The notes below the pieces were generated by a model. It was given only the letters and a program-made list of their open reading frames with translations, did no database searches and was not told the DNA's origin. The translations under genes and the position numbers were made by a program. A DNA stretch of 64,000 nt from a virus, in IMG/VR virus record IMGVR_UViG_3300042907_001596, positions 64,001 to 128,000 of that record; one strand, given 5' to 3'. Shown in pieces: positions 1 through 9,962 of this stretch (positions within the stretch are counted from its first letter, which is position 1; each line of letters begins with the position of its first letter).

Positions 1-1785
1 AAGATGCAGCGGCAGTACGAAGAGGCCAACGGTGGCCGACGCTCTCCGCGTGACGACGGCGGCGGCATGACAATTCCCCGGCCGACAATCCAGCAGCCGT
101 GCGTGTGGTGCGGCGAAGAGGCGAAGGGTCACAGCAGCGAGGGGCTGTGCAAGCAGTGCCTGAGTGAAGCGGGCAAGACGGCCCGCACCGCCATGCCGGT
201 GCCCCGCAGCGTGCCGTCCGGCCCCGGCACCTGGCAGAGGCAGCGCGACAAGCTCAACGAGAAGGCGCAGAAGGCCGGGGTGCCGGTCGAACTGACACCC
301 AACTTCTCAATGGATCAGGACGACTTCGATGCCCAGGCGTTCCAGCACGAAGAGGAGGGCCGACCCAACGGCTGGTACAACACGCCCGTCGAGTACGAAG
401 GCAAAGGCGTGCCGGGAGGGATCTCGCACCGCTACCTGGAGGTTGGCAACGCCAAGATCCCGGTGAACTATCTGCTGCACCACGGCGACGACGGCCGCAT
501 CAACGGCATCTTGTCGCACTTCCCCAAGGGCACCCCGTTTGAGAAGCCGGGGTCGGTCACCGTTACCGTGCATCCGCACCACCGGGATAAAGGTGTCGGG
601 TCGAAGTTGCTCAACACTGCCGTGGACAAGTTCGGTGTCGACCTCGACCAGCAGGAGTACACCCCGCTGGGCTACGAGCTTTATCGCAACGTCAAGCACC
701 AGCAGGGCGAGACGGTGCCCAACATCTTCAACGAGCCTGAGCCTCAGCCCAAACCGGCATTGTCTTCGGCCGAGATAGACGCAGAGTATGTCCGGCAGTG
801 GGCAAAAGGGATAAGGCCGAAGGTCACGAACAACGGCGTGCGGGAAGCTGCCCTCACGCCCGAAGACTATGCCGAAGCCAAGCGGCTATCGGCGTCGGGC
901 ATCGACCTTCCCGGCCTGAAAGCTCACCACGCCAACTGGGTGCTGAAGGAGAAGCCGATCAACCCGGCTACAGGCCAGCCTCACACACCGGAGTCAGCGC
1001 GAGGCCACTTCGGGTCAGGCATCTTCCCGTACCTGGCGGCGTTCTATCCCAATGCCACCCAGCAGCGGATGTTTGTGGATATTCCGGCGCACCAGCGCAC
1101 CCGCGACGAAGTTGTCAACGACCTCATCATGGACGACGGCAACATGGACAGGATGACGGCCGGGATGACGGCGCTGCATGCCGAACAGAACGATCAGCCC
1201 CACCTGGCCAACATGATCATGCGGATGCACAAATCTCTGGAGTTCCAACAGGACAAGTCTTCCCCTGAGCTACAGAAAATCATGGACGATGCTAGCTTCC
1301 TGCGGAAAGACATCCAGAAGAACGGGCCTGCGTTTGCCGAACAAATGGGCTACAGCTTTGCCCCCGACCCTGGCATGCCGGTCATGCCCGCCCCTGCCAT
1401 TCAGCCGCAACGCGCCCCGATGACGCCGCCGCGCCCGATGGCCCAACCGTTCGCCACCACCCCGATGCCCACCCCGATGCCGCAGCGCAACCCGATGCCG
1501 CAGCAGCCGCCGATGTCGGAGTCCGACGCGATCCGCCTGGAGATCCAGCGGGGACGAGCGGCCAGCGCCCACGAGCGCGACGAAGTGCGAACCCCGCCGG
1601 AGGACTACGTCGGTGAGCATCGCAAGCCGGAGAAGTCGCTGCCGAAGAAACTGCAAGACCGCTACGAGAAGTTTCGGACGGAAGACTTCTTCGACTTCCT
1701 CTACAACATCTCCGCCGCCCCCATTCCTGGGGTCACCGCGTCGCGCCTCACCATCGCCGCCGCCCTGGAGTCTTTGGCGGAATAA
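1..1785 (+). CDS. Modular polyprotein, 5'-truncated (tail of repeat domain, Cys cluster, GNAT module, unknown modules)
   Basis: Frame open from the window edge. Starts KMQRQYEE like the end of the repeat domain in 5898..9962. RTA|MP junction at 193; GNAT motif VHPHHRDKGVGSKLL. Confidence 0.85.
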   Translation, partial: KMQRQYEEANGGRRSPRDDGGGMTIPRPTIQQPCVWCGEEAKGHSSEGLCKQCLSEAGKTARTAMPVPRSVPSGPGTWQRQRDKLNEKAQKAGVPVELTPNFSMDQDDFDAQAFQHEEEGRPNGWYNTPVEYEGKGVPGGISHRYLEVGNAKIPVNYLLHHGDDGRINGILSHFPKGTPFEKPGSVTVTVHPHHRDKGVGSKLLNTAVDKFGVDLDQQEYTPLGYELYRNVKHQQGETVPNIFNEPEPQPKPALSSAEIDAEYVRQWAKGIRPKVTNNGVREAALTPEDYAEAKRLSASGIDLPGLKAHHANWVLKEKPINPATGQPHTPESARGHFGSGIFPYLAAFYPNATQQRMFVDIPAHQRTRDEVVNDLIMDDGNMDRMTAGMTALHAEQNDQPHLANMIMRMHKSLEFQQDKSSPELQKIMDDASFLRKDIQKNGPAFAEQMGYSFAPDPGMPVMPAPAIQPQRAPMTPPRPMAQPFATTPMPTPMPQRNPMPQQPPMSESDAIRLEIQRGRAASAHERDEVRTPPEDYVGEHRKPEKSLPKKLQDRYEKFRTEDFFDFLYNISAAPIPGVTASRLTIAAALESLAE

Positions 1786-1804
1786 TCCCACCCCCACCTG
1801 CGTT
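1779..1804 (+). promoter_or_regulatory. ECF-sigma-type promoter GGAAT-N18-GTT (copy 1), followed by hairpin and RBS
   Basis: GGAAT aatcccacccccacctgc GTT; overlaps the upstream GAA-TAA stop. Confidence 0.8.
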
Positions 1805-1846
1805 GTAACAGGTGGAGGGGATCCTCCCCTTCGGGAAGGGGATCTA

Positions 1847-2188
1847 ATGCCCGACTACGCAGGGCACTGGCGCATCCTCGACGCCGCCGCCAGGAAAGGT
1901 GGCTGGCCGCAACCGGGCAGTCATCCCGGTGGCTACGGCAACCCTGCCGTGTATGAGTACTGGTCGCGTGAAGCGGGCCTGAACCACCTCAACGGCGACA
2001 GCCGTCAAGGCCCGGTGCTGGAGGTCTTCTACAACGCTGGCGGCTACTGCATCGGCGTGGACTTCAAGCACGGCGTGTGCGGCAAGGTCATCGCCTCGAC
2101 CGGCGACCTCAAGGCGCTGAAGGCCAAAGAGCGCCTGGCCATCGCAGAGAAGTTCATCCTCGACCACCCGCTCGCGGAAGGAGCCTGA
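1847..2188 (+). CDS. Hypothetical protein
   Basis: ATG after promoter/RBS; phage-like codon usage. Confidence 0.7.
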   Translation: MPDYAGHWRILDAAARKGGWPQPGSHPGGYGNPAVYEYWSREAGLNHLNGDSRQGPVLEVFYNAGGYCIGVDFKHGVCGKVIASTGDLKALKAKERLAIAEKFILDHPLAEGA

Positions 2189-2189
2189 C

Positions 2190-2378
2190 ATGGCACGGAA
2201 ACGCGAAGCCCCGTATGGCTTCAAGTACGTTCTCCCCACTCTTGAGGAGCAGCAGGAGCGATACGACAAAGGCCGCAAGGGCTACCGCATAGAGTGCCTA
2301 GGCTGCGGCAAGCGCATCTGGGGAGTCGGTTTGGCGATCGGCTCGCACCGTGGTGCCTGCAAGGGCAGGCCGGAATAA
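2190..2378 (+). CDS. Small Zn-finger-like protein
   Basis: CLGC...H...C; RBS aaggag. Confidence 0.7.
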   Translation: MARKREAPYGFKYVLPTLEEQQERYDKGRKGYRIECLGCGKRIWGVGLAIGSHRGACKGRPE

Positions 2379-2397
2379 TCACTGCTCATCCCGCGTT
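2372..2397 (+). promoter_or_regulatory. GGAAT-N18-GTT promoter (copy 2)
   Basis: Exact spacing; overlaps upstream stop. Confidence 0.8.
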
Positions 2398-2441
2398 ATA
2401 GCTAGTGGAGGGGGCACCCGCCCTCTTCGGGAAGGAGACTC

Positions 2442-2609
2442 GTGAAGGATCTTGTCAAGCGAGCCGCCGCACGCGGCATCTTCGCTCGCCCTGAACGCGA
2501 CCTGGAGCGCGACGACCTGTTCTTCGTCCAGATCTGGGACGCCGGGTTCACCGGCATCGTCCCGGCCGACTACCTCGTCGGCCTCGTGGAAGCGGCGGAA
2601 GCGAAATGA
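2442..2609 (+). CDS. Hypothetical protein (55 aa)
   Basis: GTG after aaggaga; ATGA overlap with next gene; translated by hand. Confidence 0.65.
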   Translation: MKDLVKRAAARGIFARPERDLERDDLFFVQIWDAGFTGIVPADYLVGLVEAAEAK

Positions 2610-2842
2610 AGAAGCAGTTCCAGTTCAAGATCACCGACCCCCGCATGACCGAAGCGCCCATGGCCTTCCCCGACGAGGAAGCCCGCGACGGCATGCTCGC
2701 CTACCTGGAGGCGGAGTACGGCATCGCGCTGGACGACATCGCCCAGATCGTCTTCACCAGCGTCGATGAGGACGGAAAAGTGACCATCGACAAAGCCCTT
2801 CAGCGGGGCGAAGACGTGACCGCCCGCGCCCGGTTCGCTTAA
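2606..2842 (+). CDS. Hypothetical protein
   Basis: ORF track; coupled start. Confidence 0.7.
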   Translation: MKKQFQFKITDPRMTEAPMAFPDEEARDGMLAYLEAEYGIALDDIAQIVFTSVDEDGKVTIDKALQRGEDVTARARFA

Positions 2843-2854
2843 AGGAGGACGACA

Positions 2855-3286
2855 ATGACCATCCGCGACAAAGTTCGCATCGACATTGAGTGCATCGACG
2901 GGGTGCGGACAGAAGACCGAACACCCGTCCGCGAGGTCACCCTGACCCACGCCGACGTGCCCGACCTGCCCGCCCTCGTGGAGTGGCGCGACAAGCGGTT
3001 CACCCCCGACACGGTGACCATCCGCTACCGCCCCAGCCGGGGGAACGTCGACAAGCTGGGCTTTGAGGAGGTCACCATCTCCGGCACCACCATCCGCAAG
3101 GACGGCAAGCCCGGTACCGGCAGGACGGGATGCGGCCACTGGATGCGCCCCGAAGGACTGGACGAAGACCGCCTCGACCGGATTGGGGAGTACATCGTCC
3201 CGGCCTGGCTGCTGCCCTACATCGACAAGTACGACCCGATCGACGGAGAGTTCCCCTTCTCCGCGAAGGAAGAGGTGCCCGCATGA
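2855..3286 (+). CDS. Hypothetical protein
   Basis: RBS aggagg; ORF track. Confidence 0.75.
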   Translation: MTIRDKVRIDIECIDGVRTEDRTPVREVTLTHADVPDLPALVEWRDKRFTPDTVTIRYRPSRGNVDKLGFEEVTISGTTIRKDGKPGTGRTGCGHWMRPEGLDEDRLDRIGEYIVPAWLLPYIDKYDPIDGEFPFSAKEEVPA

Positions 3287-3459
3287 TCTTCACCCACGAC
3301 GGCACCCTGCTGTGCTGGTGCGGCAACACCCCCAGCAGTTCAGGGTTCGACCCTTGCACTGCGACCGGCACCATCGACTACACCCTACTGGACGCCAACA
3401 GCCCACCGGGGCTGCACTACATCTGCAACCGCTGCGGGCTGATCGGCCCGACGGAATAA
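3283..3459 (+). CDS. Small Zn-ribbon protein
   Basis: CWCG...CNRCG; ATGA overlap. Confidence 0.7.
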   Translation: MIFTHDGTLLCWCGNTPSSSGFDPCTATGTIDYTLLDANSPPGLHYICNRCGLIGPTE

Positions 3460-3478
3460 CCTCGCCCGCCAGGGCGTT
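3453..3478 (+). promoter_or_regulatory. GGAAT-N18-GTT promoter (copy 3)
   Basis: Exact spacing; overlaps upstream stop. Confidence 0.8.
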
Positions 3479-3520
3479 ATAGCTAATGGAGGGGGCATCC
3501 CTCCGGTAAGGAGACACCGA

Positions 3521-3724
3521 ATGGCTGAGTTGACACCGGCCCAGCAGATCTTCATGGCCGCGCTGATCGACGCCGCACCTTACGGTGCGGGAGTGGGCAA
3601 CGGTCGCGCCCTGCGCCTCGACACCGCTCGTGCGCTGCACCGTAAAGGGCTGATCGTGCTTACGGCATATCCCAGCATGCTCACTGGTCGCTTGACCTAC
3701 GACTACCGCGCTGCGCTCGCCTGA
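3521..3724 (+). CDS. Hypothetical protein
   Basis: RBS aaggagaca; ORF track. Confidence 0.7.
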   Translation: MAELTPAQQIFMAALIDAAPYGAGVGNGRALRLDTARALHRKGLIVLTAYPSMLTGRLTYDYRAALA

Positions 3725-3728
3725 CGCG

Positions 3729-3754
3729 GAAATAATGCGCCCCGCCGGGGCGTT
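3729..3754 (+). promoter_or_regulatory. GAAAT-N18-GTT promoter variant (copy 4)
   Basis: One mismatch, same spacing, same downstream hairpin/RBS. Confidence 0.7.
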
Positions 3755-3796
3755 ACACCAAGTGGAGGGGACGATCCCCTTCGGTAAGGAGACACC

Positions 3797-3988
3797 ATGC
3801 ACGACATCAGCATCCGCGTCGGTGACGCAGAGGTCATCCTGTACATCGCGGAGTTCACCAACAAGCACGAGATGGCTTCGCGTGTCGCCCGCGCCAAGCT
3901 CACCTCCGGCGAAGCCTTCGCCCTCGCGGCGAAGCTCGTTCAGGCCGGTGCCGATCTACTGGAGAAGGAACTGGAGGCGGCAGGATGA
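3797..3988 (+). CDS. Hypothetical protein
   Basis: RBS aaggagaca. Confidence 0.7.
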   Translation: MHDISIRVGDAEVILYIAEFTNKHEMASRVARAKLTSGEAFALAAKLVQAGADLLEKELEAAG

Positions 3989-4224
3989 CCAAGACCGCCA
4001 GTTCCTCCGCCCTGCGGATCTACGCCCTCGCCCACGACTACGCCGTCAAGGCCGTCGGCAAGGACGTGTTCAACTTCCAGAACGACCGGGTGAAGCACGC
4101 CCTGGTGGCCGTGCAGATCATCTACCTCGTCGGTGCTCAAGACGAAGACTCCCCCGCTGAAAAGCGGCTCGACCTGCTATTCCAACTGCAATGCCTCAAC
4201 GGCGAGCAGTACGGACTCGCGTAA
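3985..4224 (+). CDS. Hypothetical protein
   Basis: ATGA overlap. Confidence 0.7.
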   Translation: MTKTASSSALRIYALAHDYAVKAVGKDVFNFQNDRVKHALVAVQIIYLVGAQDEDSPAEKRLDLLFQLQCLNGEQYGLA

Positions 4225-4249
4225 ACCCTCAACCCCAGAAGGAGACACC

Positions 4250-4414
4250 ATGTACGTCGCAGACGTGACAGACATCAAAGAGCTTGAGCAGCTTCTGAGC
4301 GAGGCTCAGGTTTTTCTCGCAGATTCCCGTAGCGAGGCTGGCCGCGAGCAGGCCGCGTGGGACATCGAAGACATCACCGCTCGCATCGAAGAGTTAGAGG
4401 CGGGTGGCTCGTGA
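4250..4414 (+). CDS. Hypothetical protein
   Basis: RBS aaggagaca; ATG 4250. Confidence 0.65.
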   Translation: MYVADVTDIKELEQLLSEAQVFLADSRSEAGREQAAWDIEDITARIEELEAGGS

Positions 4415-4593
4415 CCCTGCACACCCGCACCTGGACTGTCCAGCCCTTCGGGGCGCACTGGAATGTCATCCAGCGGCTCTTCGATGAGGACAAAGGCGAC
4501 TTCATCGAAGCCACCACAGAGTGGGTGGCGACCGTGAAGGACGAAGCCGCCGCCCGCACCCTGGCCGAACTGCTCGCAGAAGGAGACACATGA
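4411..4593 (+). CDS. Hypothetical protein
   Basis: GTGA overlap. Confidence 0.6.
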   Translation: MTLHTRTWTVQPFGAHWNVIQRLFDEDKGDFIEATTEWVATVKDEAAARTLAELLAEGDT

Positions 4594-4745
4594 CCTACGA
4601 CGACGCCATCGCCGCCTACGAGGAGGCGAAGAAAAAGGCCGACGCCGCCTACCAGGAGTTCCTGTACCTGGAGGCGAAGGCGCGGGATCTGATAGACGAA
4701 GCGGAGCGAGTCGCTGAGGCCGACTGGAAAGCGGCCGGATACTGA
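4590..4745 (+). CDS. Small coiled-coil protein
   Basis: RBS aaggagaca; ATGA overlap. Confidence 0.65.
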   Translation: MTYDDAIAAYEEAKKKADAAYQEFLYLEAKARDLIDEAERVAEADWKAAGY

Positions 4746-4927
4746 TGGACTTCATGGACATTTTGGTGTCACAGGTCGCCGCGCTGGGAATCATTGTGGA
4801 CACCTTGCTTGAGGTTGAGCAGGAGACGTACGCCGACATGACCGGCCGGTACGAAAAGCTGGATCAGATGATCGCCATGCTGGATTCCGTGAAGGAGCAG
4901 CTAGTCAAAGAGAGGGGACGAGTGTAA
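4745..4927 (+). CDS. Hypothetical protein
   Basis: TGATG overlap. Confidence 0.6.
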   Translation: MDFMDILVSQVAALGIIVDTLLEVEQETYADMTGRYEKLDQMIAMLDSVKEQLVKERGRV

Positions 4928-5145
4928 TGGAAGTCGTCCGCATGATTGACGACCGCGTCGTTACCTCCGGCGAGTGGGATCTGACCTACCAGACCAACGC
5001 CGTCACGCTGCGAGCCGCCTGCAAAGGCGAAGGGCTGGCCGTGTCGGGCACCAACGCCCAACGGGCACGCCGGTTGCTCGACGCCGGACTGACCTACGAG
5101 GATGTGATCGCCAAGTATGGCTGGAAGGCCCGTAGGGGCCTGTAG
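4927..5145 (+). CDS. Hypothetical protein
   Basis: TAATG overlap. Confidence 0.6.
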   Translation: MEVVRMIDDRVVTSGEWDLTYQTNAVTLRAACKGEGLAVSGTNAQRARRLLDAGLTYEDVIAKYGWKARRGL

Positions 5146-5170
5146 ATGCCCCGCTGGCTGGCGGGAAGAG
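5139..5170 (+). promoter_or_regulatory. Putative late promoter CCTGT-N22-AAGAG
   Basis: Fixed-spacing motif shared with 8 other late-gene leaders. Confidence 0.55.
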
Positions 5171-5199
5171 GTGAAGGGTGCAACGACCAAGGAGAACCC

Positions 5200-5499
5200 A
5201 TGAACAACTTCCTGATCGGCCTGATGCTGGCCGCGCTGAAGAATGAAAAGGTGCAGCAGGAGATCGGCAACTTCACCAGCCGCATCGTGACCGACAAGCT
5301 CCTGCCGCTGCTGCCCCTCGTCGCCGCCGCCGCCGCCAAAGCCGTGACCGATCAGATCCCCCAGTTGGCCACCATCACCACCGACGTAGCCAAGATGGCC
5401 GACGACCTGCGCGATAACCTCAACGACGCCATCCCCGACTTCGACTTCGGGATCCCCGCACTGGATGACCTGCTCGACATCTGGCGACCCAAGAAATAG
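5200..5499 (+). CDS. Hypothetical protein
   Basis: RBS aaggag; ATG 5200. Confidence 0.7.
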   Translation: MNNFLIGLMLAALKNEKVQQEIGNFTSRIVTDKLLPLLPLVAAAAAKAVTDQIPQLATITTDVAKMADDLRDNLNDAIPDFDFGIPALDDLLDIWRPKK

Positions 5500-5507
5500 G
5501 GAGCATA

Positions 5508-5855
5508 ATGCCTGGCGACCGCACCGAAGGCACCGACGGCGTTCACCCGTTGCAGCACCTCATCAACAAGTCTGTTCGTCCCCCCGACTATGAAGAGGAC
5601 TCCAAAGGCTGGTGGGCCGACAAGCTGGCTTTGGGGGAGATCACCAACGAAGAGTTCCTGAAGCGTTGGCCGAAAAAAGACCCCGTCAAAGAGGCCGTCG
5701 CCGCCATCAAAGAAGCCCAAGCCATCCTCGCCTACGACCCGCCGGAGCAGCAGCCTAGCTGGCGGGATATGGGCATTGAGGTCGAAGACGCCGACGAAGC
5801 CGACGCCCGCCGACGCGGAAAGCCGAAGCTGCGCCCGCCGGTTCAGCGCGACTGA
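5508..5855 (+). CDS. Hypothetical protein
   Basis: ORF track; RBS ggag. Confidence 0.65.
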   Translation: MPGDRTEGTDGVHPLQHLINKSVRPPDYEEDSKGWWADKLALGEITNEEFLKRWPKKDPVKEAVAAIKEAQAILAYDPPEQQPSWRDMGIEVEDADEADARRRGKPKLRPPVQRD

Positions 5856-5888
5856 CCTGTAGCCTCGCCCGCCCCCATCCTGAATAAG
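5856..5888 (+). promoter_or_regulatory. Putative late promoter CCTGT-N22-AATAAG
   Basis: Directly upstream of the polyprotein pair. Confidence 0.6.
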
Positions 5889-5897
5889 TGGAGGTGG

Positions 5898-8800
5898 GTG
5901 GTGATCAGACGGATCCAACGGCAGGCTGAGGCGTTCGCCTACCGGCTGGCTTTCCTGCCGTCGCACACCGACAGTGACGCGCCCTTCTGGCTCCAAACCA
6001 CGGAGATTCCTTCCCTCAACGAGTTCGACCACCCGGCGGTCAAGGAGTTCCAAGAGTTTTTAGATGCCGGTCTGGTGCCCCCCGACCCGAAGGAAGCCGT
6101 CGCGGAGTATCTGAACCATCTGCGCCCCGACAACCGAATCCACTACAACCTGCTGCGCAGATACGTCGGGGAGCCGGAACTGGACTCCTACCCGTACACG
6201 ATGACGCGGCCCCCCGCCCCCACTCTGCCCCACGAGCCGTACGCGGAAGTCACCTACCCTCAAGGGTACGAACTCGACTACGACGACCCCGAGCCTGGCG
6301 CTCACTACGCTGGGAGCCGCCACCCTTTTGACCGTGCGCTCGCCGCCGCCCGCTTCACCTTGGCGATGGCCGATACGACGATGTGGCACCCACGCATTGA
6401 GCAGGATCATCGGGACGGCCACGCCGGATGGCACGAAGGCACCTACCGCATCAAAGGGGACGACGGCAAAACCATCGGGGCTATGCAGTACAGCATGGTG
6501 CCCGAAATCGAACACCGGCCCGTCGACCGCCGCCCGCCGAAGAGCATCATCATCGACAAGGTGTTCGTCCACCCGCAGCATCGCGGGAAAGGCATCGCCC
6601 AGTCGTTCGTAGAGCGGTTACACAACGACTTCCCCGACTACAAGATCGACCCCGGCGCGACCACCACCCACGGCAACGGCTTCGCGGAGCATCTGCGCAA
6701 GATCCTCCCCGACGCGGAGCATGCACTGATTCCCGACTACACCCCGAACGTCATGGACGACCGGGCTTCGGACTTCTACGACCGCACCCAGCGCGGCTAT
6801 TACCGGGCTTATTCCGGCGACGAAGACAACGAAGAAATGGAGGAGCTAGAGGCCAACACCGCCCCCGAAGACGACATCGAAGACGACTACGACGCTCCGG
6901 CGCGGGAGATCACTCCCCCCGAAACCGAAGATCAGCTTCTTCAGCGCCTGCGCAACCAGTGGCCCGACGGGGTGATCCAGCATGCCGCCAGCGTTTTGCG
7001 CTACGCCGCCGCCCTCGTGGTGGATCCGCCCACCTTGGAGTGCAACCACCGCACGCCCTGCGCCCCCGGCACCTGCCCGCAGCGCGACATCGCCGCCGAC
7101 CCCGACTTCTACGCCGAGTTCCCCGACCCGGCCGACAAAGAGCGCGAGTTCCAAGACCTCTACCGGCTCCAGTACGAAGACGACGCCGCCGACGCCCGCG
7201 CCACCAACCGGCCCTCAGCGGTGGAGAAAGCGGAGATCCTGCCGCCCGCCCAGCCCGCCCGCGACATCCTCACCGAGTTCGTCAAAGAGCGCGGCCGACG
7301 TAATCGCCGCCCGATCGTCATCACCTGCCCCGACTGCAAGGGGCACCGCTACGAGACGATCCAGCCGGGACAATTGCGGGCTGACGATTGCCGAACCTGC
7401 AAAGGTGAGGGCAGTTTCGTCAAGCCTAGCGTGGAAGAAAAGCTGCGCCCTTGGGCGGAGCGCCTGGAGAACGCCCTTTACAACGAGTTCATGGAGTGGT
7501 GGCCGCAATCGGAAGCCTCGCGGATCCGCAAGCCCGAAGGGTCTGGCACCAAGTGGGAAGACCGCCCCAAAGAGCCGGTCACGCACTGGCTGAACGTGGA
7601 GGACTTCCTCAAGGAGCGGTATCCCGACGCCGCTACGGGGGCGAACTACGGCGGCGAAGAAGCACAGAACCTGCTGGAGCGGGCCATCCAAGAAAGGCCC
7701 GACCCGAAGTGGCTGGAGGAGCGCGGCTACGTCGGTTACGGAAACCCCGTCACCCAAGCCATGCTGACGTTGCACAACCGGTTCAATCTACGTCCTTGGC
7801 GCAACAAAGAGGATCGCCGCCGGTATTACGAACTGATGCTGCGCCACGTCGGGCCGGGAGCCGCCCAGCGGCAAAAGGTGGCAGCGTCAAGTGAGCATTA
7901 CGAACCGATGGACGACGACTTTCTGGACGGTCTGCGAAAGCAATTTGACGAGTGGGCGGCAACCAGCCCCGACGTTGTCAATCCCGATCCCGACGGTCAG
8001 CCTCGCGGCCCGGTCGGTCATTGGCCGAATATCGAAAAGTTCTTCCAAGAGAAATACCCGGCAGCCTATAAAGGCTTGAGCCGTGGCTTGGAGAGTGCCG
8101 TCCCCGCTTTGGACAGTGACGCCGGAGATTACTGCCCACACTGCACCGGCGAGGGGTACTTGCTAAACGAGAACCCGCACCCCGCTGACCTTCCGAGAAA
8201 ATGCCTCAGTTGTAGCGGCACCGGGAAGATCAACGACGATCTGGTGTACGAAACCGGCCCCGACGCCGAAGCCAAGTATGGCTACGACCCGAAGGCTGTC
8301 GCCGCCGGTCTGCTGTATCTGCATAGCGAGTCCCATCCGTATCGGTTCCACATGCGGCAAGAAGACCACAACCGGCTCACCGACATCTTCCAGAAACGCA
8401 TGAAGATGCAACGCCAGTACGAGCAGCGCACCGCCGCCCCGAACCGCACCGAGCCGCTGTCTTCCTCGCCGGACACCGACAGCATCATTTACGGCCTCAG
8501 CAGCGAGTTCGATGAGTGGGCGAAAGCGAACAACAAAGGCAACCCGTACGACCACCGCGTCCTCACCACGCCGAGGGATCTGGTACCCAAGAACTGGAAG
8601 CCTCGCGGCCCGGTGGGCTACTGGCCCAACATCGAAGAGTTTATGAAGGAAAGGTATCCGGCCGCGCACCGTGGGTTGTCAATGGGCTTTGAGGACGCCG
8701 ACCCGCTGCTGGATAGCGGTGGGAAGCACGAGGACGGCACCGACCTGGAGTGGCTCGTCGGCAAGGATCCGTACGAGACGGGGCCGGAGGCTGTCGCTAA

Positions 8801-9962
8801 ACACGGCTACGACCCGCGTGAGATCGCGGCCACCCTGCTGCTGTTGCACAACGACACCCACCCCGGCCGGGAGAATTACCTCAAGAGCGACCAGGCCCGT
8901 CTGCTCGACATCGCCCAGAAGCGACACCAGATGCAGCAGGCGTATGAGGAGAAGCAGAAGGTCGCTGCCTTTCCCTACACCCCTGTGAGGGGCCGTCAAA
9001 ACTTCAGTCACCCGCTGGTCGACACGATCGGCAAAGAGTTCGATGACTGGGCCACCGCTAACGGTGCGGAAAACCCCAACGATCACCCTGACTCCCTAGG
9101 ATATTGGGGCAAGCCTCGCGGGGCCATCGGCTATTGGCCCAACGTCGAAGAGTTCCTAGAAGAGAACTACCCCGAAGCCCACCGGGGCTTGGAGATGGGC
9201 CTGGAGGGGGCCGGATCCCTGCGGGACTACGGTGCGCCGTCCGGCATGGTGCTGGCCCCCGATGACTATGAGCCGCCCGAAGATCTCATGGACTACGCGC
9301 CCTACCCTCCCGAATACGCCGAATACGAGACGGGCGCGTGGGCCGAAGCCCAACACGGCTACGACCCCAAAGAGGTCGTGACGGCACTGCTGCTGCTGCA
9401 CAATCAGACCCACCCGCACCGGTGGGAGCAAGTCAACGCCGACCAAGACGTGCTGATGGACATCGCGCAGAAACGCCACAAAATGCAGAAGGCGTACGAC
9501 GAGCGCATGAAGACCGCCGCCCAACGCACTTGGCACCAACACCTCGCCTCCATCAACCGGCTGGGTGCCGAACTGTCCGACGCCGACGCCGCCATGCTCT
9601 ACGACCACATGCAGAAGCTGTTCCAGCCCATCAAGCCCTCCGGCAAGTGGTACCACGTCTCCCCGCACGCGCTGGCCGACGGCACCGACCTGATCCCCGG
9701 CGGCGGAGACTCCCCCTCCCAATCCTTCTACGACGACGGCTGGGGTGAGGACACCGGCACCCTCACCGACATGGGCCAGGGACGCACCGGCCATGTGTGG
9801 TTGACGCCGGATTTGGACGACGCCCACTTCTGGTCGGCAGCCCTGAGCGCCCCGCACATCTACGAAGTGGATCCGCACGAGGATCCCCGGCCGTGGAACG
9901 GCACCGGTGCCGACGGCTGGGTCGTCCCCGGCGCGAAGATCCGCCGCAAGGTCATCGAATGA
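5898..9962 (+). CDS. Polyprotein A: leader, GNAT, Zn-finger, 4 novel repeat domains, Arr-like ADP-ribosyltransferase (start likely GTG 5901)
   Basis: GNAT VFVHPQHRGKGIAQ; CPDCKG..CRTCKG; repeats YETG..A...HGYDP; ART WYHVSPHALADGTDLIP..HVWLT..IYEVDP. Modules joined at RLA/TLA/KVA/RTA/KTA. Confidence 0.9.
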   Translation: MVIRRIQRQAEAFAYRLAFLPSHTDSDAPFWLQTTEIPSLNEFDHPAVKEFQEFLDAGLVPPDPKEAVAEYLNHLRPDNRIHYNLLRRYVGEPELDSYPYTMTRPPAPTLPHEPYAEVTYPQGYELDYDDPEPGAHYAGSRHPFDRALAAARFTLAMADTTMWHPRIEQDHRDGHAGWHEGTYRIKGDDGKTIGAMQYSMVPEIEHRPVDRRPPKSIIIDKVFVHPQHRGKGIAQSFVERLHNDFPDYKIDPGATTTHGNGFAEHLRKILPDAEHALIPDYTPNVMDDRASDFYDRTQRGYYRAYSGDEDNEEMEELEANTAPEDDIEDDYDAPAREITPPETEDQLLQRLRNQWPDGVIQHAASVLRYAAALVVDPPTLECNHRTPCAPGTCPQRDIAADPDFYAEFPDPADKEREFQDLYRLQYEDDAADARATNRPSAVEKAEILPPAQPARDILTEFVKERGRRNRRPIVITCPDCKGHRYETIQPGQLRADDCRTCKGEGSFVKPSVEEKLRPWAERLENALYNEFMEWWPQSEASRIRKPEGSGTKWEDRPKEPVTHWLNVEDFLKERYPDAATGANYGGEEAQNLLERAIQERPDPKWLEERGYVGYGNPVTQAMLTLHNRFNLRPWRNKEDRRRYYELMLRHVGPGAAQRQKVAASSEHYEPMDDDFLDGLRKQFDEWAATSPDVVNPDPDGQPRGPVGHWPNIEKFFQEKYPAAYKGLSRGLESAVPALDSDAGDYCPHCTGEGYLLNENPHPADLPRKCLSCSGTGKINDDLVYETGPDAEAKYGYDPKAVAAGLLYLHSESHPYRFHMRQEDHNRLTDIFQKRMKMQRQYEQRTAAPNRTEPLSSSPDTDSIIYGLSSEFDEWAKANNKGNPYDHRVLTTPRDLVPKNWKPRGPVGYWPNIEEFMKERYPAAHRGLSMGFEDADPLLDSGGKHEDGTDLEWLVGKDPYETGPEAVAKHGYDPREIAATLLLLHNDTHPGRENYLKSDQARLLDIAQKRHQMQQAYEEKQKVAAFPYTPVRGRQNFSHPLVDTIGKEFDDWATANGAENPNDHPDSLGYWGKPRGAIGYWPNVEEFLEENYPEAHRGLEMGLEGAGSLRDYGAPSGMVLAPDDYEPPEDLMDYAPYPPEYAEYETGAWAEAQHGYDPKEVVTALLLLHNQTHPHRWEQVNADQDVLMDIAQKRHKMQKAYDERMKTAAQRTWHQHLASINRLGAELSDADAAMLYDHMQKLFQPIKPSGKWYHVSPHALADGTDLIPGGGDSPSQSFYDDGWGEDTGTLTDMGQGRTGHVWLTPDLDDAHFWSAALSAPHIYEVDPHEDPRPWNGTGADGWVVPGAKIRRKVIE

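Noticed and set aside
9797-9958. ORF-track N-terminal extension of polyprotein B
   Set aside because: It overlaps polyprotein A out of frame. ATG 9959 gives an ATGA coupling and the shared leader.
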